This document shows, piece after piece, positions 46,138-64,000 of a stretch of 64,000 nucleotides of DNA. The number at the start of each line of letters is the position of its first letter. Positions within the stretch are counted from its first letter, which is position 1. The notes beneath the pieces were generated by a model. The model did no database searches. It had not been told where the DNA came from and worked only from the letters and a program-made list of their open reading frames with translations. The stretch comes from the human T2T-CHM13v2.0 reference genome, Homo sapiens, in assembly GCF_009914755.1 (NCBI RefSeq), contig NC_060939.1. One strand, given 5' to 3'. The position numbers were made by a program, and so were the translations under genes.

Positions 46138-47616
46138 TGTGGAAGAAGGAGAAAAGAGTAGATAGGAAGTGTTATTCCAAGAGGGAGGCGCAGGGAGCCC
46201 TAATGGCCAAGGTGGGGCACAAATCCACCGAGCACTGGGGATCAAGTAGAGGCAGGGGAGTGAGGGCACTGCCCAGGGGCCAGGGAAGCCTGAAGTTTGG
46301 GTTGGAGACAGAGGCAGGGGGTAGAGATCCCTTCCCCACATCACCAATTGCCAGTGATTGTACCAGGGTCTAGGAATCCAGATAGGGCTACTTGAGATGC
46401 TGTGTGTCCACCAGAGCCCAGGGAGAGAGCTGAACTGTGCCTCCCCCATGGCCCCGGATGGGCCGAGGGAAAGGGAAGCTGCCTGTCCTGGGCCCACATT
46501 CCTGGGTACTGCCCGGATGGAGGCCATGGGTGAGGGAGGACCCTTGGGAGCAGGGAACAGAGGTGGGCCCAGCAGTACTGGGGACAGGGAGAGACGGGGG
46601 AGGTGCAAGGGAGGTTTTGACAATGTTTATGTTTTCACAGCTGCCAACTCAGGGTCGGGGAGCAATTGCTGGGTGAGAGAAAAATAAGCTGAGCAACTTG
46701 AGCTGGTTGAGAAACTCATTTCTGAACTTCACAGGAAGAGTTGGGGGAAGCTGAGGAGTTGCCTAGGCCAGCAGGCCTTGTAGAAGATAACAGTGATGGG
46801 CTTTTATCCCTGCCATGACCAAGCCCTAGGCCAGGCATCTCCTGACTCCTGCAGACACCAGTTGAAGCTTCCTCTACTCAGTTCTTCCCACCAGGAGACA
46901 GACCAGAAGCAGCTCTGGATACTGCTGCACTTTTGTCTTACGTGAAGTCTCTGGGGCTCATCTCACCCTTTGGGGGGTCAGCTGGCTTCCAGTGAATTGA
47001 CCTTTTGGCTCAAGGGTTCCCAGAGAGACAGTCTCCTGCTTTGGGTTCCCACTTTGCTTATGTAGGGTTTATACAATGTAGGATCTTCTCTTTCTCCAGA
47101 GTTTCAACCCCAAGGCGGGGTAAGCCCCCTGGCAGCTGCTCTTCACCCTTGTCTGAGCACAGGCCCACACTCCTCTCACTCCTGTATGTCTCTCTGTCAT
47201 CTCCCAGCTCCTGGAGAGCATCCACTCCCTCCCTCCCTCCCACATGTGACTTACAGTAGACTAGACTGCACACCTCCAAGCATTGCCATGGAGAGGAAAA
47301 GAAGACTTTTGGAATTTTGGAAATACTGAAATTCCCAACAAAATTTCTCTTCAGCCTATGGTATCTCTATTGTCAGGAGCCCAGGACATAATAATTTCAG
47401 TGGAATTTAAAATGCATCATTTCAGAGCCAGGCATGGTGGCTCACACCTCTAATTCCCAGCACTTTGGGAGGCCCAGGTGAAAGGATTGCTTGAGGGCAG
47501 AAGTTCAAGACCGTACCCTAGCTCTACAAAACAAAAATACATCATTTCATGATATGGAAAGGTCTCTAGAATTGCTAAGTGAAAAAAGGCAAGGCACAAT
47601 GGATGCTTCTTTTTCA

Positions 47617-48019
<403 letters not shown>

Positions 48020-48319
48020 TTATATCTGCATCAAGAAATGCTGGAAAAGACTGACCAGAAGTGAATAAAAGTGGTTACCCATGGGGGACTAAAGAATAGG
48101 ATGTCTGGGAACTGGAGTGGGAATGAGACTTCCTAAGGTATTCCTTTTCATTTGGCTTTGATTTGTGAACCATATAAATATTAGCCATCATTTTAAAATA
48201 AAAATAAATTAATTCTATAATGTCTAAATTGAAGGGCACAAAAACCCTCTCATGGGACTCCGTGGGGGAGTGTGTTAACGCACAGACACAGGGACTGCTA
48301 AGGCTCATGGGATTGGGAA

Positions 48320-48540
48320 ACTTACAGGGCGGCGGCTGTCTCTGGGGGCCTCCTCGCTCCGGTTGGTCGGTCGGTCGGTGCCTCTGCGCCTCTGCCAGCG
48401 GGCTCTGCATTTGCATCCGTCCCGGCTTCTCTCCGATCACTCAGGCTTGCCACCTACCCAGTCGGCTTTGCTCAGACTGGATTGGCTCTCCCGGATCAGG
48501 TGTGACCCAATCAGCTGTGGCCATGGGGACGTGGTTACTC
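48320..48540 (-). promoter_or_regulatory. Candidate upstream promoter / first exon on an MLT1K-like LTR remnant
   Basis: 14 CpG in ~175 bp, octamer 48409-48416, ATTGG 48481-48485, CCAAT 48507-48511, X-box-like 48517-48530, minus-strand donor CCT|GTAAGT at 48326/48325. Confidence 0.5.
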
Positions 48541-49504
48541 TGGGCTCTCAGGGCTGCTTGGCACCCGTCTCCCTCTTCCTGGGTTGTGGGTGGAGACAGT
48601 TTCAGAGTAGAGGAGTCTACTCTGGAAGTAGAGGAGTCTACTCAGGAAGACAATCATAGGATTGCTTGGTCCAGGCTGTTGCTGGATGGGTCACTCAAAG
48701 GTCGGGGTAAAAGTCCAGCCTGCAATGGGGACCCCTAGACACGAGGGAGCAGATGGAAGGTTCTCGGGTGCCTGAAGGAGAGAGGCAAACCAGACGGCTG
48801 AGTAAGGCATCCGTCCCAACTTGCTGTATGACCTGGCTTCTCCTCTTGGCCTCGGTTTCTCATTTGTGGAAAGGGGATTGGGCTGGATGATACTCCGAGG
48901 TCCCGTCCATCTCTAAAGCGGGAGAAGCAAAGTTCAGCAAAAAAGCATTGAATTAGGAGTCCGGAGACCTGACTTCAGGTGCCTCTTCCTCGACTCCTAA
49001 TCAGACCACGTGACCTCCATGAGCCTCTGTTTCCTCCACCAGAGCATGGGGATAACACTCCCTGCACACTGCCATGAGAGTTAAATAAACTCCTGTGCAC
49101 CAAACGTCCTGTCGACTGTCCTGTGGGTGCAGATGGGTGAACACAAAGGCCATCACCTCTATGAAATGGGGATGTGACTCCTTCCCTGCCCCCTGTCAGG
49201 ATGACTATGGGCTCAGATGAGGCAGTAGGACCCTGGTGGAGGGATTGAGCGCCGGACTGGGACACCAGAGAGCTGGGCTCTGTCATTTGCCAACTGTGTG
49301 ACCCTGGCCTAGGGTTCTTCCTCTCTGGGCCTGCACTTTTTCTCCGTGAAGTGGGAATGACAAGGCCTGCCTGACAGGGTTGTAGCAAGAAAATAAGAAG
49401 GTGAGTGTGAGGGTTGTTGTGTGAACTGTGGAGAGTTTGTGGTGACAGGAATGATGAATGCGACTGTTCCCTGGTTCCCCAGTTCCCACTCTGGCAGCCC
49501 AAGC

Positions 49505-51730
<2,226 letters not shown>

Positions 51731-52100
51731 GCCTGAGGGGCTGCAGTGATTCACACTCCACAAGAGACCCTTCCAATACCCCAGGCCCTCCTGCTCTCTC
51801 CTTTGGCTCCAGTGGGTGAGACACCCCCATCTCTTACCAGAGTGCACTGCAGCTGGCACTGCCATGGATCTGAGCCATGCCCAGCCCCAGGCCCCTGCAC
51901 AGGGGACAGCAGCAGGCACCTCCCCGGAGGAATGAGCCTGGCCTTGGGAGGTCCCACCCTCCTGCACACTTCTGCAACCAGGCTTCCTAACACTGGCCTC
52001 GCTGCTCTCACACCTTCTCTGGCTGCTCAGCTCCTCCAAGACAAAACAGTTGGGCATTTAAGGCCTTTCTGGGTCTGGTTTTATTTTACATTGAAAATAG

Positions 52101-52433
<333 letters not shown>

Positions 52434-52966
52434 TAGATTTTCTTTCAGAATAAATCTGATAAACAAGAAAGCAATCTTGTATCTGGCCACCACAGTAAAT
52501 TCTTGACTTTTAAAAATATTGACACATAGTAATTGTACATATTTGTGGGGTACAGTGTGATGTTTCCATACACGCACACATTGTGTGATGACCAAATCAG
52601 GGTAGTTAGCATATCCATCACCTCCAACATTTATTATTATTTTTTTGCACCACAGTAAATTCCTTAATGATTTCTATTTTTTTTTTCCTGTTGATTGGGA
52701 AGACAAACATGTTATCTGCAAATAGCCATGTGGTCTATTCTTTACCAACATTTAGACTTCTGGATCAGTCAGAGGTTTGGTTCGCAAACAGCAGAAATCA
52801 ACTCTACTTAAACTAACATGGGAAGGCTACTGGGAGAATCAAACTCTGGGCAGGCAAAATAACCAAGGTTTTATTACAGTTCTGCCTTCTTTCTGTGACT
52901 TAGCACTCCTCCCTCAGAAGGTGCAGCCTAACATCTGAAAATATCTTCACTTCTTTTCTCAGTTAC

Positions 52967-53322
52967 TGATATAGCTTGCATTGCATGTTCCCTCCAAATC
53001 TCATGTCGAATGTAATTCCCAGTGCTGGAGGTGGGGCCTGGTGGGAGGTGTTTGGATCAGGGGGCAGATCCCCCATGGCTTGGTGCTGTCCTCGAGACAG
53101 TGAGTTCTTGGGAGATCTGGTTGTTGGTTCTTGCCATGTGAGATGCTTGTTACCCCTTTGCTTCCACCATGAGCAAAAGCTCCCTGAGGCCTCCCCAGAA
53201 GCAGACGTCAGTGTTATGCTTCTTGTACAGCTTGCAGAACCACGAGCCAATTAAACCTCTTTTCTTTATAAATTTCCCACTCTCAGGTATTTCTTTGTAG
53301 CAGTGCAAGAACAGCCTAATAA
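52967..53322 (+). mobile_element. MSTA/MSTB MaLR solo LTR
   Basis: tgatatagcttg...ccaaatctcatgtcgaatgtaattcccagtg...gagccaattaaacctcttttctttataaa. Confidence 0.85.
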
Positions 53323-53339
53323 TGGTTATTCTGTACAAC

Positions 53340-55830
<2,491 letters not shown>

Positions 55831-56067
55831 CTCCAGCCTTCCTGCTTGGAACTGTAATTCCTTTGTGTGTTTTGTGTATCAGATTTTGGTATGCAGACTT
55901 GCAAAAGAGTGTATTTCCATCTTTATGTTCTATATAGTTTAATAAGATTATCAGTGTGTTGAAAGTTTGTCAGATTTTGCCTTCAGTCATCTAGGTATTT
56001 ATGTGTTTTGGTTGGTAGACCCTGAACGATCTTTTCAATTTCTTCTCTAGTAACAGGGCCACTCAGG

Positions 56068-57509
<1,442 letters not shown>

Positions 57510-58310
57510 TCAATTTTTATCTTTTAATTTAACTTGAGCTGTGGAGAAATGTTTGAAAATTTATAAGTGGTTAGACCTGGGGTGAAGGTATTATCTGTTT
57601 GTTGTTAATTTCTAGATGGATTACATTGTGATCAGGAAATGTGGTTCATATGATTTCTACTTTTTGGTTACTGAGTTTTTTGTGGACTGGTATGTGGTCA
57701 GTTTTTGTCATTGTTCCATGAGAATTTGAAAAGAAAACAGGTAGTCTGTTTTGAGAGTACACACAAAGCTTATTTAATTTGATATTCAAACCTTCTCTTT
57801 TCTTTACTCAATTTGAGTCTGAGAAAGTTATGATAAATCCTCCCACTGAGACGATTGCTGGGTAAAAGACCTCTTCATTTCACATCTTCTTGGCACACTG
57901 TACTTTTATTTGAAAAAAAAAAAAGTTCTTTATCTTGTTTAATGCATCTTGCCTTGAATTCTACTTTGTCTGATATAAACATATCCTACCTTGCTTTCTT
58001 TATGTCAGCATTTGCCTGAGATATCTTAGCCAGGCCTTCCGTGTGACTCTTGTTGTTTTGAGTGAGTATTTTATAACTGGTGTGTAGTTGGAGTTGTGTA
58101 AGTCTGTGTATGAGTGCATACAAGAATATGTGGGTGTCTGCCCAGTATTAGGATCTTTCTCATTAAATAGAGGTACTTAGCTAAGTCACAGCTATCCTGC
58201 AACAAGGACATGTTTGACCTTCCTGCCATTTTATACATTGTTATCATTCATTTTTGACTGGCTTTTTCTAGTCTTTTTGGACTAGTTTTCTATAGGAAGA
58301 TTGTATGGAG

Positions 58311-59171
<861 letters not shown>

Positions 59172-60344
59172 CTTTCTAATCCACAATTTCCCCAGGGTGT
59201 GACTTCACCCCAGACTAGCAGAGAACCCACGGTCAAGCCCCCACAGTGTCCCAGGTTTGTGTGTGGTGGTTCGGCCTTTGTTTCTCTTCAGCCAGCAAGA
59301 CCAGCAGTGGCAGGGCTGCCAGTCACCCACCAGATGGTCATCCAGCTTCCTGCAAGGATGGCAACTTCTGCCTTCCTGTTTTCAGCGCTCCCTCCACAGC
59401 CATGCCACACGGCCAAGCAGCATTCAGGAAAGTTCAGAAGCCCATCCAAATACTCTGACCTTTGCTGTTCCAACAGAGGGGTCTTCGGTTTTATCCTTCC
59501 TGGTCTCTAGGGGTATATGGTCTCTCAGAATCCTCTCCAGATACTATACTATCTGGAGAGACCAGGATAGTAACCAATTGTTATAGTATTCATACATTAT
59601 GTTTTGGTGTTATGAGTGTCCAAGTTTTGTGCAAAAGAGCATTTCTCTCCTATTTCTCATTCTTCTTAAGGTTTTACTTGGTTTCAGAGAGGAGAAAGGG
59701 GTGGAGACGCCTTTACTCCACTGTCTTTAACTGCAAGTGTCACTAGTTTGGGGCAGAGCTTATTGCGTAGTTCATTAATTCTCAAGTTTTTCATTTTGGC
59801 AGCCATGTTGGTCGTTTCCAAATTCTCTTTCTCTTTCATTGCAGCCTGCTCCATCTAGTTTTATCTATGTGACATCCTCTTGAACCTCACAGTTAGTCTG
59901 ATTGATTGTACTCATTCCTTTTCATGGGAGGCCATTTATTCAGCTTTTTCAGCCTTGCCCTCTCTTTTGAGCCTCTCCTTCTCATTGATCTGGTGATTTA
60001 TTGTTATAGCTAATATTTTTGTTTCTCCTACTTATAAATAAAGATCTAGATTTCATTCTCCAAAATAAATTTTACAGAACACTTGTTCCATTATATGTTA
60101 AAAGGGATTATTTTATTAAAGTACAGCTGGGCGTGGTGGTGTGCACCTGTAGTCCCAGCAACTCTGGAGGCACAGTGTCATGAGCCCGAGTTTGAGGCCA
60201 GCCTGGGTGACATAGTGAGGCTCCGTCTCTAAATAAATAAGGAAATACTAAATAAAAAATTTTAGAAGTTCAATGGCTCAATTAGTGTGGGAAATGTTAA
60301 GTTAAACCAATTTTTTATAAAAGTTCCTAAAGAAGCAATATGAA

Positions 60345-60932
60345 ATAATGATGAGGATGTGGAGCAACAGTAACTCCCATACATTGTTTTGGAAAATAGT
60401 TTGGCAGTGTGCACACACTTGCAAATTCCATTTCTAGGTACACCTGCCTAGGAAAAATATGAAACATCTGTTTACAACAAGACTAGCACACAGTGTTCAT
60501 GGCAGCTTTGCTCACAGTAAAAACTGGAAAAAAACTAAATATTTACCAGCAGGAAAATAGATACACAAATTGCAATAAGTATATTCTTACAAGAAAATAT
60601 GGTCAACAATGAAAAGTGATGAATTACTGACACATAGCAACATGGATGCATTGCACAGATATTATGGTGAGTGAAAGAAGCCAGACCGGAAGGGGTGCAT
60701 GTTTTGTGAGAATCCATTTCTGCGAAGCTTCAGAACAGGCAACATGAATCTATCATTATAGAAGTCATAACGTGGTTGCCTGTGGGGTGGACCTGGGGAA
60801 TTTCTGGAGTGATGAAATGTTCTACATATTGATGTGGGTGTGGGTTATATGGGTGTAATCTGTTGTCAAAATTCATTCTACTGAATGCTTAAGATCTGTA
60901 ACTGCATGGAATGTAAATTATACAATAAAAGA
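60345..60932 (+). mobile_element. L1ME-type 3' end (Alu monomer upstream at 60125-60260)
   Basis: gaggatgtggagcaac...tttggaaaatagtttggcagt...gtaaattatacaataaaa. Confidence 0.65.
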
Positions 60933-63900
60933 TGCTGCAAGACTTCTCAGAGCCCTTAACAAGCTAAGACAGATTATGAATGTCAAGAAGGGGGCTGCAG
61001 CACGCAGGTTTTCCTGATGTAATTGGACCCTTCTTGAAGGGGTGTGGGCAGGAAGTGTTCGTTTTCCAAGTGCATGAACTGGGGGCGAATGGCCGGGGTG
61101 AGGACAGGAGCCCTAGGATTCCTTTTGCCTCAAGTCTGAGGTGTCAGGGAGTGCGGTTGGCACTGAGGCTGGGGCTGAGGGGTGGGTTGAGGGAGTGGCA
61201 GGTCTCCATGCATTTCTTCAGCTGAGTCCAGGCCATGCCATCTGCTTCCCTCCACCCACCACTGCTATTGGGACCTCAGGGTGTCTTCGTAGGGTCCAGG
61301 CTGTGACAGCCGTAGCAGCAGGCTATGGTAAAAGCTGCCACTACTGGGCCAAGACCCTCTCCTGCCTTCCCTCTATGGGGATTGTGGAGTCCTATACCTT
61401 TGTTCCACGCAGGCTGCCCAAACCCCTTTCGGACTCAGCACGCAGTTCTAACCCAGTAAAGCCTGGGACAAAGGCCGGGATGGAGACAGCTCCTGAGGCC
61501 TCCTGCAACCCCTTTGCTCAGCTCTGCTGCCCAGAGTTGGGGAGCTCCCTGGGCTCTAGTAGGGAAAGCAGCCCCCCGACTTGTCTAGCTGTGCAGCATC
61601 AATGGGCCTCTCGTTTTGCTTGTTCTCATCTGCTTCTAGGAATCCCTCAAAATGACTGCTTTAGCAATGATACCCTTTTCTGTTTTCCAACACTGCTAAA
61701 TAGATGTTCTTATTTTTCTCTTTTGTCTGTCAATGCAATTGGGGCACAGCAGGCAATTTATGAATGAATCAGAATGATTGTGTATGGATGAGAGGATGTG
61801 AGTGTGCGGGGTATGAGCATTTGTGAATGCCTGTGCAGCCTGAGTCCAGGAAAGGGGAAGCGGCTTTGGGGAGCTTCGGAGGGGCGGGTGGGCAGCCAGG
61901 CAGGCGGTTGACAGTCTGCCCCATGAAAGGTCCTTGCTGCACGCAGGAATGACATTGCTGTGTAGTGGGGCTGACAGATGCTCCAAGGGAGATTAGGAAA
62001 TAAGTCTGCATCTCCCCTGGGCCCTGATACCATCAGCGGTTAAGAGGCATGTCTGATTTCATTACAAATCTCCCATTCCTGGGGCTTAGAGCTCAGCCTC
62101 CAGGCTCACAGGTGTGGGAGGAGAGTGGGCCACAGCAAGGGCATTTTGCTTTTAATTGTGGCCATTAATCTGGCCCCAACAGCTGGTCTATCCTGCAGGA
62201 GAGGGAAGGGGAAGGGTGACAGGAAACTTGTCAATTGGGAACCAGTTAACCCCACTGCTGCTTTGCCCTCTAGCAGGCTGGGAGAAGAGGGAAAAGCTTC
62301 TTAATTCTGCTTTTCAGGGCCTACTTTCCTGGCCTCCTTGAGAAGGATCTCGGTTTGCTTCCTCCATGTTTTTTTTTTGTGGGAGTCTCCTGGAGCCAGT
62401 AGATGACAAGCTCCCAAGCCATGTTCCATTTATTTTCCCAGAGACAGGGCCACTGTGGTGTGTAGTGACAGCTTGCCTAGTGCCAGCCCCTGCCCCAAAG
62501 TCAGGGCATGTTCCAGTGGGAAGGGTGGGGTGAGAATGTCCCAGGGGCTGGATAAGCATCTGGAACAGCCTGATGAAGGATAGGACAGAGTGGGCAGAGG
62601 TCCCAGAGCCACACAAGGCAGAGCTAGAGAGAAGGCCAGCTGTGGCCACAAAATGGGAGAGGGACCATATGTGTCGGGGGGGGGTGGGGGGGGTGTGTGT
62701 GTGCGCGCACACACACGCACATGCGGTGGGGAGGGTGAATTTCTTCCCTTCTCTAGCCATCCACAGTCTTCAGCTGGAGCTACCCAGGGGTGGGCTCTGG
62801 TGGGCTCTGGCAGGCTCTGGGCGAGTCAGAGGCATAAGCCTGCCCTGGGAGCTCTCCAGCATCAGAAAAGTGCCCAGTGGCACAGAAGGGCAGAGTGGGG
62901 CCAGATACTCATAGGAAGCACCCAAAGGGCAGGGGGTAGGGAGAAGTCTGATGGGGTTGGGGAGGAGGTGGGCTAGACTGAGGCCTTGAAGGGTGAATAT
63001 GGTCCTGCCAGAGATAGTGGGGGCATGTGGACGGGAAAGAATGTGCCTCTGGGGTTCCTAGCAAACTAGGGATTTGCAGAGAAAGGGTTCCTATTGAAGA
63101 AAGAAGCTCTATAAGCAGTGAGCTTGCTTCTTGGGTGGCAGAGCCTGGGAGCCAATTTCTAGGGTTAGTGGCTGCCCCTGTGAAGACACTTTTCTGTGTC
63201 CTGTGTCCTCGAGAGAACCAGGAGCAAGGCCCAGGCAGCCTTAATCACAGCAGCCATCAACTACCATGTGCCCGAAGTCCTACACATGTGGCTTTCCGGA
63301 TACTCCATGGCAGCCCTGGCAGGGGTGATGCAGACCTGGTCAGTTCCTGAGGCCTGGAGAGGGAAAGGACTTGCCCAGGATCACACAGGGAGGCAGCGGG
63401 TTTGAACCAGGCCCTTCTTGCTATACTGTGGGATCTGCAAAAAAGCAGCCCAGCCTGGACTCCTCGCCTACTCCCACTGGAGAGCAGGGGCCCTGGGCAT
63501 GGATGAGAAAGGGACAAGCTGCCAAGGTCCAAGGCCCCCATGCTTCTGGGGAATGATGTTTGGTGCTGGAAGGCCTTTTGATTTTTCAAAGGAAAACCTA
63601 GACTCTTGTTGCCTGTTACAATGGATAATTTGGGGTAAAGAGTCAAGCAAGCCCTATTTGAATGTGGAGCACACATCAACTTGGGGTAGATCAGAGAGGC
63701 CCTAGCTAGCCTGGGAGAGCGACCGCGCTGCTACTTCCTTGGCGTGGTGACCTTGGGTGGGTCATTGTCCATCTCCATGCTCAGGTTTCCTCCCTGGTGA
63801 CATGGAGTAGGAAAAGAAGCCCCCTTGCAGGATTGTCCTGAAGATAAAGTTCATCATGCATCACATGTAATGGTATCTGGCCTAAGGAAGTGGCTCAGTG

Positions 63901-64000
63901 TGAGCTGTCACTGCTACTGCAAGTCTTGTCACCTTGCAGCACCATTCAGGCGAACACAAGCCATTTAGTTGCCAAAGAACTTGTCTGAGAGGGCATCACC

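Noticed and set aside
60900-64000. PEAK1 3' exons or another gene at the right end
   Set aside because: No recognisable coding exon. ORFs such as 61141..61767 have no homology I recognise, and the next gene probably lies beyond the window.

Overview
Human (primate) genomic DNA, recognised as 15q24.3. The window opens with the last coding exon and poly(A) signal of PSTPIP1 (+ strand, SH3 C-terminus). A ~3.5 kb GA polypurine tandem repeat follows, then the complete 7-exon TSPAN3 gene on the minus strand (CDS 762 nt, 253 aa, CpG-island promoter at ~35.0-35.8 kb). The last ~28 kb is repeat-rich upstream sequence (MaLR/ERVL LTRs, L1, L2, MIR, MER44A, MER3, Zaphod); the window as a whole holds about 30 Alus. 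No prokaryote-type system is present, and the very long ORFs are repeat artefacts. The best leads are: (i) all TSPAN3 introns are phase 0 and exons 2-6 are flanked by inverted Alus, so a 606-nt circle would carry an ATG-containing ORF with no stop; (ii) a 3073-bp pure purine tract between the convergent PSTPIP1 and TSPAN3 ends; (iii) a pre-miRNA-sized hairpin in TSPAN3 intron 3; (iv) a TSD-flanked, poly(A)-tailed chimeric retro-insertion in intron 1; (v) a CpG-rich, LTR-associated candidate upstream promoter and first exon about 12.8 kb 5' of TSPAN3. Repeat subfamily calls are by eye and approximate.
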